Positions 1 to 9,594 of a stretch of DNA of 64,000 nucleotides are shown here, piece after piece. The notes beneath the pieces were generated by a model, which worked only from the letters and a program-made list of their open reading frames with translations, searched no databases and was not told where the DNA came from. A program made the translations under genes and the position numbers. This DNA comes from Candidatus Latescibacterota bacterium (GTDB taxonomy: Bacteria; Latescibacterota; UBA2968; GCA-2709665): assembly GCA_965116875.1 (NCBI GenBank), contig OZ220733.1, positions 1,152,001 to 1,216,000 of the forward strand. Reading direction: 5' to 3'. The first letter of the stretch is position 1; each line of letters begins with the position of its first letter.

Positions 1-538
1 CACCATCGGGTGCGAGATGTTCGGACCTCGCTCGATGTTGTTTCGCAACGGGACGCACGCCCTGGATACGGTCTGTTTTCTTGCCGACGGAGACCCGCTC
101 TGGCTGGTGGCGGACCTGCAGGACGGCTTCGACCATTTCACGGAGTATCAGGGCGGCGGTGGAAAGGACTCGGGGAGCGATCCCTATGCCTCGGCGTACA
201 TCCGGTTCGGCAACGGCGTAAGGGCTTTCTTCAACTCCTTCAAGACGGCGTTTTCCGGCTGGCGGTTCGTTATGACGTGCGACGACGGACGGGTGGAAGC
301 GACCGATTCGTCCGCGAGACTGATCCGCGGCGCCTCGTTCGAGACTTCGGACATCGTCACGGAGCATTACATGCTGCATTCCAAGGGCGCCCTGGTGGCG
401 GAACTGGTGCATCTGCTGGAACACGGGGGAGACCCGGTGTCTCCCGCGAGAGAGGCGAGAAAATCGCTCGAGATCATCCTGGGTATCTTGAAATCGCACC
501 ACGCGGGCAACACCCGGGTCGACTTTCCGTTATCCTGA
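1..538 (+). CDS. Gfo/Idh/MocA family oxidoreductase, C-terminal part (5' end outside window)
   Basis: Frame is open from the window start. LFRNGTHALD motif and the C-terminal 'EARKSLEIILGILKS' helix are typical of the Gfo/Idh/MocA C-domain. Confidence 0.7.
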   Translation, partial: TIGCEMFGPRSMLFRNGTHALDTVCFLADGDPLWLVADLQDGFDHFTEYQGGGGKDSGSDPYASAYIRFGNGVRAFFNSFKTAFSGWRFVMTCDDGRVEATDSSARLIRGASFETSDIVTEHYMLHSKGALVAELVHLLEHGGDPVSPAREARKSLEIILGILKSHHAGNTRVDFPLS

Positions 539-550
539 GGAGTACGACTC

Positions 551-1849
551 ATGAAAATCGTCGATCCGATTGCGGTCTGGGACGTGCGCCCGTGGGGGTG
601 TCCGGCATTCACCGTCCAGGACTTCAACGGCGATGGAAAGAACGAAGTCCTGTTCGTACAGAATGCGGGCGCGCATGCCAACGAGGCGTTCGATCCGCGA
701 TTTCCGGACGTGCAGGGGTACAAGACCGGCGTGGAAGAACAGGAGCTTTTCTGTCTGACGCTTACCGACGGGGAGGGACGGGTACTGTGGCAGGTTGGTG
801 AGCCGTGGACGCTGGAGAGGCCGTTCTCGTGGAACGGCAGCAATTTCTGCCAGGTGGTGGACCTGGACGGGGACGGTCAGGTCGAGATCATGCTCATCCA
901 CAAGTCCGAACTGATGGTGTACAAAGGAGCCACGGGCGAGTTGTGCAGCCGGCACAGTCTGCCCCATTCGGGGTTCTATTTCGCCCGCGCGGTCCGGACC
1001 GATCGCTCGGGCAGGTATCACATCTTCACGAAGAGCGTGACCACCTCGGCCACCCATGGCTACGGGAATCCTTCCCTCCTGCTGGACCACAACTTCAACG
1101 TCGTCTGGGAGGTGGAGGTGGATGGCGCAGGGCATGGGGGCAATTACGCCGACGTGGACGGCGACGGGCTGGACGAACTCCTGATCGGCTTCAGCCTGTT
1201 CGACCACGACGGCAGCCCCCTGTGGTCCCACCCCCCGATGTCCGAAAACGATCATCTGGACGATTCCGTGATTGCCGATATCGACGAAGACGGGAGGTTC
1301 GAATTCGCCCTGGCCCACGACGGGCACGATGCGGTCGTACACAATTCGGATGGGACCGTGCGGTTCACCGTTCCGATGCACCACTGCCAGAATATCCTGC
1401 CGGGAAGATTCTACGAGGACGAGCCGGGGCTGCAACTGGCCTTTGTGGATAAGGCGATGGGGCGCCCGGAGGAAAGGGAGGCCGCGATTGTCAACGCCGG
1501 CGGCCGCGAGTTGTCGCGCCACCGGACGATGGGCTACTACTCGGTCATTTCGTGGGCGACCGATCTGGGCAAGGACAGCCTGATGCGCCTGGAATGGCCG
1601 ACCCGGTCCGACGCCGAACATCGCGTAGTGTGGGTGGACCCCGCGGGCAGGGAACTCGCGCGGTTGAAAGCCAGGGAGAACTTTCAGGACCGGATTCAGA
1701 AATTCAGTCTCGAGTCATTTCCCGCCGGGGGACGTTATTTCGGGACGTGCCACAATTCAACCATCGGAGACCTCGACGGAGACGGACACGACGAGTTCCT
1801 GGCAACCGATCGCGAAAAGGTGTGGGTTTTCAAACAGCCGCCGCTTTGA
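551..1849 (+). CDS. FG-GAP/VCBS-repeat beta-propeller protein (rhamnogalacturonan lyase PL11-like fold possible)
   Basis: Five DxDGDG-type Ca-binding motifs (DFNGDGKNE, DLDGDGQVE, DVDGDGLDE, DIDEDGRFE, DLDGDGHDE). GAGGAG RBS upstream; no signal peptide. Confidence 0.7.
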   Translation: MKIVDPIAVWDVRPWGCPAFTVQDFNGDGKNEVLFVQNAGAHANEAFDPRFPDVQGYKTGVEEQELFCLTLTDGEGRVLWQVGEPWTLERPFSWNGSNFCQVVDLDGDGQVEIMLIHKSELMVYKGATGELCSRHSLPHSGFYFARAVRTDRSGRYHIFTKSVTTSATHGYGNPSLLLDHNFNVVWEVEVDGAGHGGNYADVDGDGLDELLIGFSLFDHDGSPLWSHPPMSENDHLDDSVIADIDEDGRFEFALAHDGHDAVVHNSDGTVRFTVPMHHCQNILPGRFYEDEPGLQLAFVDKAMGRPEEREAAIVNAGGRELSRHRTMGYYSVISWATDLGKDSLMRLEWPTRSDAEHRVVWVDPAGRELARLKARENFQDRIQKFSLESFPAGGRYFGTCHNSTIGDLDGDGHDEFLATDREKVWVFKQPPL

Positions 1850-1930
1850 CCTTGATTCGATCAGGTCACGACCGTCGAATGAAAGCAGTTTCCTCGGTTC
1901 GACCGGAAACTCCGGCGCGGACCACACTGA

Positions 1931-2548
1931 TTAATCGAAATACTCGTCTTCGCTGAACTTCGTCCAGGACTTGAAAACGGGGAACGGCGACGGCAGGTTA
2001 CCGTCCGGGTCGTTTACCTTGAATGAAATCTTCCCGCTGTCGAAGAGGTCCCGGATCGAAACGGAAACCCCCGCGGCCTGAACACAGTTATCGCACTTCT
2101 CGGGGAATGACTGCGCCGAATTCGGCGCGAGGAAGGAAATCCTGAATTCCGAACCGTTGCCTGCCCTTTCAATCCGATAGTCTTTCGCCACGACTTCCCA
2201 TTCGTTGACGGCGTGGCCGTCCCTGGCATACTGGGCCCAGAGGCTGAACCCGCCGGTAAAATCGAGGATGACGCCCTTTCTCGGACTCGCGTCTCTGGCA
2301 GGCTCGAACTGACGAAACGACCGACCGTTCATCGTTGTCCTGACTCGTTCTTCTTCGTCCGGGTTCACCGGTTCGAACGGACCGTTCTCCCCGCACGACG
2401 TCGCGGTCGACAAGGTACACAACAACGCCAACAGCGCAATCCACCCGCGTTTCCAACCATCAACCCGTTTCCCGGTGGACGTCGCACCGCGGTTCACGCC
2501 AACGCCCGGTTCGAACGCCACACGCATTCCTTCGGGTTCGTCAGACAT
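1931..2548 (-). CDS. hypothetical protein, possible lipoprotein
   Basis: GGAGG RBS precedes the ATG at 2548. Hydrophobic stretch WIALLALLCTLSTATSC is lipobox-like, followed by a beta-rich soluble domain. Confidence 0.55.
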   Translation of the reverse strand: MSDEPEGMRVAFEPGVGVNRGATSTGKRVDGWKRGWIALLALLCTLSTATSCGENGPFEPVNPDEEERVRTTMNGRSFRQFEPARDASPRKGVILDFTGGFSLWAQYARDGHAVNEWEVVAKDYRIERAGNGSEFRISFLAPNSAQSFPEKCDNCVQAAGVSVSIRDLFDSGKISFKVNDPDGNLPSPFPVFKSWTKFSEDEYFD

Positions 2549-2855
2549 GATTACCTCCATGTGGGACCCGGCATCCATCCTGCAGGTCCGGACGCCGCAG
2601 AACCAACGCATCTTCGTTTCTGAATGGGAAATATACCCAAACGTCCGGAAGGGTTCAACCCAGCGGACCGAAACCTCTCCCCCCCGCCCCTCAGAAGCGG
2701 GGAGACGGGAGAGATTACCTGCCTTGTGAGGATTCTTTTCGTGCCGAAGGCAAGGAGGAAGACACATCGTGCAAGGATTTCTTCTACCGTCTTACGTCTT
2801 GCGTCTACCCGGTTTTCTCACCTCTACCCTCTTACCGCATTGAAGGATGTAGACC

Positions 2856-4265
2856 ATGACGCCCGAAGCCATTCTGAACAAGGTCTGCGATTCGATCGAC
2901 GTGCTGATTGAGGCGGGAAAGCCATACGGCGGTCTGTTTCCGTCATTGCTGGATCTCGAGACGCACCGGATGTTGACGGAACTGCCCCCGCCGATCCACG
3001 GACAGCGCATGGGCGACCGCGCCTTTCTGGGCAGCAACCTCATGCATGACCAGCACCTGCTCAAGATCATGTACGCCCTGGACCGCAAAGGATATCGGGA
3101 CGCGGCCGACAGGTACCTGCGCCGGTTCGCGACCCATTGCACCGGTACGGCTACCGGCCTGTTCCCGTGGGGAGAGCACGCGTACTGGCACCTTGAGGAG
3201 GACCGTGTGGGCGACAGCCATCGGCTCGCCCTTCCGGAAAAAGAGCCCGGCACCACGCTCCACGACCATCTGCGGCAGGCGCCCGTATGGCTGTGGGAGA
3301 AGCTGCATACCTTCAACCCCTCGTGCGTCGAGCGGTTTGCCGAAGGCCTGGACTACCACTACAAGGACGGTGAGCCCCGGGAGTATATCCGTCACGCCCA
3401 CGTCGAGCGGAGAGAGCGCCTCGAACACGGACCGGCCTCCTCGGATTTCCCCCGCCACGGCGGGTTCTACATTCTGGACTGGTCGTTTGCCCACCGGAAG
3501 TCGCAGCGCGCGGATTTTCTGAGGCAAATCGAGACGATGTTGGACTACTGGTGGCCCCACAGGGACCCCGCCGGTCTGCTGCTGTCCACGACGCGGGGCC
3601 GTGAAGCGCCTGCGCCCATGCACAACGCGAACACCCCGGCGCAGACGGTTTCCCTGGCGGCCAGCCTGCTGGAAGCCGCCGAAGTGCTCGACGGAAGCCC
3701 GCCGGAACTGGTCGACCGGATGCGGAAGCGCGCCGGCGTGTATATCGGCGGCTTTCTGTCGGCCCCCCACGATCCGGACGCAGGCGTCTTCGTGTCCGCA
3801 TGCCGTCGTGGAACGAATGAAGTCGTGAATACGAACCCCGTATGGGGAAGCATTTACGGAAACTGGCCGCTGGCTTACGTGGCGCTGATCGCCCTGTGCA
3901 TCTTCAGGCTTACGAAGGATGAACGGTTGTTGAAATGGGCGGACGGTGCGGCGCGCTGGCATGTAAGGACCCCCTTCCCCGAGGACGTTCCGGTCCCTGC
4001 GATGGACGCCGGTCTCGCGATCGAACTGCTGGCCGACCTCTACGATCTGACAGGTAACGCCCATTGGCTGGAACGGGGCCTGGATCTTGCACGGACGCTG
4101 ATACCCATCTATATGGATGGAGACCTGGTGCGCGGCGCGGCGGGTATCGACTGGTACGAATCCCAGATGGTTCCGGGGGACCTGCTGCACGGCATGGCGA
4201 GGCTGGCGTTGCTGGGCATGCGAGGCGATGAGAATCCCCTGGAACCCAACTATACAGCGAAGTGA
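2856..4265 (+). CDS. hypothetical protein, probable (alpha/alpha)-toroid enzyme (lyase/epimerase/glycosidase-like)
   Basis: 469-aa ORF with RBS. Repeated helices ending in 'LLKWAD' and 'LYDLTGNAHWLERG' are typical of six-hairpin folds. Overlaps the next gene (GTGA). Confidence 0.55.
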   Translation: MTPEAILNKVCDSIDVLIEAGKPYGGLFPSLLDLETHRMLTELPPPIHGQRMGDRAFLGSNLMHDQHLLKIMYALDRKGYRDAADRYLRRFATHCTGTATGLFPWGEHAYWHLEEDRVGDSHRLALPEKEPGTTLHDHLRQAPVWLWEKLHTFNPSCVERFAEGLDYHYKDGEPREYIRHAHVERRERLEHGPASSDFPRHGGFYILDWSFAHRKSQRADFLRQIETMLDYWWPHRDPAGLLLSTTRGREAPAPMHNANTPAQTVSLAASLLEAAEVLDGSPPELVDRMRKRAGVYIGGFLSAPHDPDAGVFVSACRRGTNEVVNTNPVWGSIYGNWPLAYVALIALCIFRLTKDERLLKWADGAARWHVRTPFPEDVPVPAMDAGLAIELLADLYDLTGNAHWLERGLDLARTLIPIYMDGDLVRGAAGIDWYESQMVPGDLLHGMARLALLGMRGDENPLEPNYTAK

Positions 4266-5323
4266 GGTGCGAATTGAGCCCGAAGACGTTCAGGCTGTGG
4301 GCGGGAGGCGACGCGCACGTGGGCACGGACCTGGCGGCGGGGAATCGCCGGAGCCTGGCGGATGCGATCATGCAGGCCCAAAAGGGCGGCGCGGAGGGCG
4401 GGCCTCCGTTTGAGTGGGACATCATGCTGGATATCGGAGACCTTTCGGGGTCGCAGACGCCGCCGGACGACGAGGAAGGGCAGGAGGTCGTCCGGCAGTA
4501 CAGCGTGTCGACCCTTCATCCACGGGAAGATTTCTACAATATCGTTGGCAATCACGACGCGAGCGGCCCGGACGAGCCGTGCCAGTGGTGGTTCCGGAAA
4601 TGGGTGGACCCCACCGGGGAAAATACCGGGTATTCCGGCGTCCACGCCGGCAGGCGCCCGTATCCGGTCGAAGGGACCTGGGAGCGGTATTCGTTTCAGG
4701 TTGGGAATATCCTGTTTCTGGCCATGGGAGACCGGAACGACGGGGGGCCGCCGGCGGGCCGGGCCGAAAGAGGCGGGTTTCCGGCCGGCGCGGTGAAGCA
4801 GGAGACGTTCGAATGGTGGAAACAGAGAGTAGAAGCGAACCAGGACAAGATCATCGTCACGGCGCACCACCATATGTTGAAAGACACGACGGTGGCATCC
4901 GGCCCCTGGGAGGGTGTGGACGGCGGGTATCACGGCAGGTTCGAAGCCGGCGCGCCTGTCGGCGCGTCCTACCTCTATTTCGTAGGGGGAAGACCGGACG
5001 CCGGGGCATTCGAGTCCTACCTTGAAGCGCATCCGGGGGCGATCGACCTCTGGCTGGGCGGGCATACCCACACGAATCCGGACGACACCCACGGCGGCCG
5101 GTCCCACGTGGAGCGGAAATGGGGGGTCACCTTCGTCAACGTGGCGGCGATTTCCCGATACCACGGAAAGAAGAATATCTCGATGAGCAGGCTGCTGACG
5201 TTTTCGGAAGGGGCGCCGGAGGTCAATATCAGGTGCTACCTCCATATGAGCGACTACGCGCCCCAGGGGTGGTACGACAGGGCGGAGCGATCGGCGCCGC
5301 TTCGGAAGGCATTCACATATTGA
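4262..5323 (+). CDS. calcineurin-like metallophosphoesterase
   Basis: Ordered motifs GDAHVG, DIGDLS, GNHD, AHHH, GHTH. Confidence 0.85.
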   Translation: MRCELSPKTFRLWAGGDAHVGTDLAAGNRRSLADAIMQAQKGGAEGGPPFEWDIMLDIGDLSGSQTPPDDEEGQEVVRQYSVSTLHPREDFYNIVGNHDASGPDEPCQWWFRKWVDPTGENTGYSGVHAGRRPYPVEGTWERYSFQVGNILFLAMGDRNDGGPPAGRAERGGFPAGAVKQETFEWWKQRVEANQDKIIVTAHHHMLKDTTVASGPWEGVDGGYHGRFEAGAPVGASYLYFVGGRPDAGAFESYLEAHPGAIDLWLGGHTHTNPDDTHGGRSHVERKWGVTFVNVAAISRYHGKKNISMSRLLTFSEGAPEVNIRCYLHMSDYAPQGWYDRAERSAPLRKAFTY

Positions 5324-5356
5324 CGGGCGGGATGGTGACGCCCGACGGAGCGCGGG

Positions 5357-6322
5357 ATGAAGACATTCGAAATCGACGGACGGGACAAGCGGGGGCCCAT
5401 CCGGCTGAGGATCGAAGTGGACAACCCGTTCGAAGGCGGGGGCCGCTGGCTTCGCGGCGGCCTGCATTCCCACGTGGCGCAGATGGGCGAATCCCGCGAA
5501 GTATGCGAGCACTATAGGAACCTGGGATTCGATTTCCTTGCAACAACGGACTACCTCAGCATCACGCCGATGCCGGAAGCAACGGAAGCCTTCCTAACCG
5601 TTCCCGGAGCCGAGGTTTTCTGCCCCGAAGGCGACGATCTGACCCATATTATCTGCCTGGGCCTTCAGCATCTGCCGCGGCCGCTGGACGGCACGGTGGA
5701 AGACGTTTCCCGCCTGGTTCGGGACACCGAGGCGCAGGGCGGACTGGCCGTGCTGGCGCACCCCGCCTGGAGCGACTACTCCTGGGAGAAAGCGTATGCC
5801 CTGGCGCGGTCCGGGCTGGTCGGCCTGGAGGTGAGCAACCGGCTGACCTGGCAGATCAACGGCAAGGAGCGATCGGAGGAACTGTGGCAGATGCTCTTCA
5901 ACGAGGGCGTCCGCCTGGCCGCGATCGGCGTGGACGATGCGATTGTACTGGAGGACGGGGACGTGACGGGACGGACCTGGACGGGGGTGCTCGTCCGGCA
6001 ACCCGGCGTCGAGGGCATTCTGGAGGGCATTCGCGCGCAGCGGACGTACGCCAGCGAGGGACCGGAGATTCACGATTTCCGCATCGAAGCGCGGGGCGCG
6101 GTCGTCGTGGAATGCAGCCCGTGCACGGCGTGTCACGTCCGGTCGAAGGGGTTCGGGGTCCGCAGCCTGCAGTCGGCGGCGCCTTCGAATCGATTCGAGG
6201 TCGACCTGACCGTTGAAGGGTACCGCATGCGGGACTGGGTATTCGCGTGCGTGGAGGACGAAACCGGGCGCCGGGCGTGGACAAGCGCCATACCCGTCCG
6301 CGTTGAGAAAACATCAATTTAG
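5357..6322 (+). CDS. PHP-domain (CehA/McbA-like) metallohydrolase
   Basis: WLRGGLHSH, GFDFLATTD, GAE, LAHP, GVDDA, and C-terminal 'YASEGP...GRRAWTS'. Confidence 0.75.
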   Translation: MKTFEIDGRDKRGPIRLRIEVDNPFEGGGRWLRGGLHSHVAQMGESREVCEHYRNLGFDFLATTDYLSITPMPEATEAFLTVPGAEVFCPEGDDLTHIICLGLQHLPRPLDGTVEDVSRLVRDTEAQGGLAVLAHPAWSDYSWEKAYALARSGLVGLEVSNRLTWQINGKERSEELWQMLFNEGVRLAAIGVDDAIVLEDGDVTGRTWTGVLVRQPGVEGILEGIRAQRTYASEGPEIHDFRIEARGAVVVECSPCTACHVRSKGFGVRSLQSAAPSNRFEVDLTVEGYRMRDWVFACVEDETGRRAWTSAIPVRVEKTSI

Positions 6323-6337
6323 TTCCGGGAGGACAGG

Positions 6338-8350
6338 ATGAAAAGGACCATTCGACGGACGGCGATGCTGCACTTTGAACGGGCGAGCTTTTCCAGGGAC
6401 TACGTGAAGTGGGTCGGCGAGGAGGGGTTTACGGACATCGGATTGGGACTGAAACCCGAAGACGATAAGATGACAGGGCAGGGATACGTCTGGGAAAAGG
6501 TCTGCCGGCTGGCGGAATGGGCCGGGGAATTCGGGCTGGGCGTGATCGTGTTTACGGGATACATGAAATACCGCGAGACGTTTCTGCGCACCCATCCCGA
6601 ACGCAGCCTCGTGTGCGTCGGCGGCAGCGGTACCGCGCTGGACAGCGACAATATCGTGAGGACACGGTGGCTCTGCCCGTTCCAGCCGGAGAACAAGGCG
6701 GAATACATGGACCTGATTCACAAGGTGATCCGGCTGCCGGCGCTTCGTGAAATCCATCTCAACGACGAGGCCGAGATCGGGTTCTCGAACGGTGACGTGG
6801 GCTGCTACTGCGAGCACTGCGTTGCGGAATACGAGCGTGACACCGGAGCGCCGCCGCCGCGGGAGGTCGACTGGGCCTCACCGTCCTGGTGGCGGTGGGT
6901 GCAGCACCGCATGGTGGCCTGGACCGCCGTTCACGCGTATTTTCGTGAGGAAATCAAGAACGTGCGGCCGGACGTCGTGGTGGGCATCCAGCATTCACCG
7001 AAGGTGGTGACCTTCAACGACAACCCCTGGCTTTCCGGCATCGACCTGTCCCGCGACGCGGAGGCCATGGACGTCCTGTGTACCGACCCGTACCACCACA
7101 TTCACTATTCTCATTTCACCTATCGTCCCATGCGCCGCATCCAGGCGGAGGCCGCGCGCGCGCTGGCAGGAGCGACCGTCGGCCGTTCCCTGTTCATCTA
7201 CCCCCAGGGCTTCATGCCGCCCTCGGGTAGCCTGGAGTTGACGCGGCGTGACGGATTCATGGCCGGGTCCGTTCCCTTTGCGCTGGGCGCGGAGAATATC
7301 TCGCCCTACACGTTCGATCTGTGCCAGATCATCCCGGGCTACTACGACGGGCTGCAGGACGCCGCGCGGCTGATTCCCTACTTTGAGAAAACCCGGCCCT
7401 ACAGCGCCGCCACGCTGATCAAACCTTCCCAGACGGAAATCTACGGGTATCCCGACAAACGATGGGGCCGGGAGGTTCTGGCGGTCTGGCCGGACGTGAT
7501 GAACCAGGTTGGGCTGCCCTGGCGATGGGTCTTCGACCGGCGGCTTCCGGATGCGGGGGATGCGTTGAGCGGCCCCGTCATCCTGCCGGACACCCACTGC
7601 CTCACGCGTGAACAGCGCGCCGTACTGGAATCGCATTCGGACGGCGGCAACGGGCTGCTCCGGGTGGGGCGGACGCCGTCCGGAGACTGGTCCGGCGAAG
7701 GCGCGCATCCACCCCCGCCCGGCGACGAGACAGGGCCTTCGGAATTGAAGCCGGTCGTTTCCGGCCACCCGCTGCTCGAGGGAATCGATGCGCCCGTCAT
7801 GCTGGGGTCGGCATTCCTGGAACCCGGTTTCGAAGGGGAAACGATCGCCGAAGTGGACGGGCGACCCGCGCTCGTTGCGGGAGAGTCCGGGCGGCGGCGC
7901 GAGGTCTGGCTGGCGGGAACGCCGCTGTTCAACTACGTGGAACCCGGAGACCACGGCGCCGTCCGCACCCCCACCGGCGGGATGACGCTGCTGCGGAACG
8001 CGCTGTCCTGGTTGTCCGCGAAAGCGCCCGTCGCGCGATTGTGGCCGTATCCGCCCAAAAACGATTACGGAGAGTTGCGTCCCTGGGACCGCCGTGACGT
8101 GCCGACAATGGAACTGTTTCCGGGTTTGGGAGACGGGTGCCTCGTCTGTCTGATTTTCAACTATCTGGGTCTGGCTTACGAGACCAGTCTGGAAATGCGG
8201 GTTCCGGAAGGCGCGACGGCAACCGCGTTGGTGGACATATATTCGGGCGAGGACCTGATGGGTTCCGCCGAAGTCGCCGGGCAGACCGTCCGGTTACCGC
8301 TAGACATGCCCGGCGACCAGGATTTCCTGGCCGTTGAACTGCAATGGTAG
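6338..8350 (+). CDS. putative glycoside hydrolase (GH42/GH10-like TIM barrel plus trimerisation-like domain), paralogue of 32296-34311
   Basis: WLCP, IHLNDE, GCYCEHC Zn-like motif, DPY, and a class I GATase-like C-terminal half. Confidence 0.6.
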   Translation: MKRTIRRTAMLHFERASFSRDYVKWVGEEGFTDIGLGLKPEDDKMTGQGYVWEKVCRLAEWAGEFGLGVIVFTGYMKYRETFLRTHPERSLVCVGGSGTALDSDNIVRTRWLCPFQPENKAEYMDLIHKVIRLPALREIHLNDEAEIGFSNGDVGCYCEHCVAEYERDTGAPPPREVDWASPSWWRWVQHRMVAWTAVHAYFREEIKNVRPDVVVGIQHSPKVVTFNDNPWLSGIDLSRDAEAMDVLCTDPYHHIHYSHFTYRPMRRIQAEAARALAGATVGRSLFIYPQGFMPPSGSLELTRRDGFMAGSVPFALGAENISPYTFDLCQIIPGYYDGLQDAARLIPYFEKTRPYSAATLIKPSQTEIYGYPDKRWGREVLAVWPDVMNQVGLPWRWVFDRRLPDAGDALSGPVILPDTHCLTREQRAVLESHSDGGNGLLRVGRTPSGDWSGEGAHPPPPGDETGPSELKPVVSGHPLLEGIDAPVMLGSAFLEPGFEGETIAEVDGRPALVAGESGRRREVWLAGTPLFNYVEPGDHGAVRTPTGGMTLLRNALSWLSAKAPVARLWPYPPKNDYGELRPWDRRDVPTMELFPGLGDGCLVCLIFNYLGLAYETSLEMRVPEGATATALVDIYSGEDLMGSAEVAGQTVRLPLDMPGDQDFLAVELQW

Positions 8351-8454
8351 CGCGGAAGCCCGATCCGGTAGCGCGAACTGGTACCGCAACCCGGTAGCGC
8401 GAACTGGCAGTTCGCGGCTTATTGTCAGCCCATAACCCACGGAGGAACCAAACG

Positions 8455-9300
8455 ATGTCCGAACGAGCCGACGCGCATATCCATCTGTTCGAGGGAGGCT
8501 ACCAGGATTCCTTTATAAAGCGGTTGAACCGGCCCGTCGACGAAGCCGTCGTCTACGCATCGCTGGCGAAGGACCACGGGGTGAGGGCCGCGTTGATCGT
8601 GGGGTACGCGGACGTTCCATGGGCGGCGGAGAATACCCGCTATCTCACGCAGATGGCGGCCGAATACGACTGGGTGTATCCCGCGGCCTATTTCGACGCC
8701 TCGGAAGCGCCGACAACAGACGAGTTGGCGCGATTGCAGACCCACGGTTTCGTGGGCGTGAGCTTTTACATTTTCGGTCCGGAACGCGTGGATGCCCTCC
8801 TCGGCATTTCGGACGAGGTCTGGGCCTGGCTGGCTTCCAGACGCTGGCTGGTGAGCGTGAATTCGAAGGGCGACGACTGGAACGCCTGGCAGGACGTCCT
8901 CGGGCGGCATCCGGAGTTGCGTCTCGTCGTGTCCCACCTGGGCCTGCCGCCAAGACAGGCGGAAGCGCCCGGCCCCGGGCAGGCCCGAACCGCGATGGCC
9001 AGCGTGCTGGCGCTGGCGGAATTTCCTCAAGCGCGGGTCAAGCTGAGCGGCTTCTACGCGCTGACCGATCCGGGACACGATTATCCGCACCGCGCGGCCT
9101 GGCCGTACGTGGAAGTTCTGCTGGATGCCTACGGCGTTGAGCGGCTGCTGTGGGCGTCGGACTATTCGCCCTGCCTGGACTGTGTGACGTTTCCGCAGAC
9201 GTACGACCTGTTTTCGAAGATGCCGTTCCTCTCGGACGAGGACCGGACCCGCATCGAAGGCTCGAATCTTCTCACATTGCTGGAGGAGATCGAGCATTAA
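8455..9300 (+). CDS. amidohydrolase family 2 protein (sugar lactonase-like)
   Basis: DAHIH, VVSHLGLP, VKLSG, RLLWASDYS. GGAGG RBS at 8441-8445. Confidence 0.85.
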   Translation: MSERADAHIHLFEGGYQDSFIKRLNRPVDEAVVYASLAKDHGVRAALIVGYADVPWAAENTRYLTQMAAEYDWVYPAAYFDASEAPTTDELARLQTHGFVGVSFYIFGPERVDALLGISDEVWAWLASRRWLVSVNSKGDDWNAWQDVLGRHPELRLVVSHLGLPPRQAEAPGPGQARTAMASVLALAEFPQARVKLSGFYALTDPGHDYPHRAAWPYVEVLLDAYGVERLLWASDYSPCLDCVTFPQTYDLFSKMPFLSDEDRTRIEGSNLLTLLEEIEH

Positions 9301-9516
9301 CCATGATACGTAAATTTTCGTGGACGTTAATTCGAATATATGCAAGTTGATAAAGGCGATTAGACGGCGGATTACCAGGATTAACCGGGTCACTGGACGG
9401 GAACGGAAATATCATCCTTACGAACGACCTCGATACCCCGTTTGGCGCCGGTCCCTTCTGTGTCTTTTGTGCTTTTTGTGGCCAATTTGCCTGTTGTCAT
9501 TTTTCGAATCGAGGTT
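9298..9516 (+). repeat. ~220-bp dispersed intergenic repeat, copy 1
   Basis: Co-linear with 29300-29516, sharing blocks such as GATTACCAGGAT, AACGGAAATATCATCCTTA and ACGACCTCGATACCCCGTTTGGC. Confidence 0.9.
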
Positions 9517-9594
9517 GAGACCGGCTTCGTTTCGCGACAAAAAAGCTCACTGGTAACGCATTTGCATTCCGTGGTCTGCACCGGAGGGCCTGTA

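Noticed and set aside
8345-8417. Short direct repeat CCGGTAGCGCGAACTGG x2 (plus a degenerate third) considered as a mini-CRISPR
   Set aside because: The repeat is 17 bp with a 9-bp spacer, only two good copies and no cas genes; more likely a local duplication or hairpin.
9320-9556. 78-aa ORF inside the 220-bp repeat
   Set aside because: The same frame in copy 2 contains stop codons, so it is not a conserved protein.
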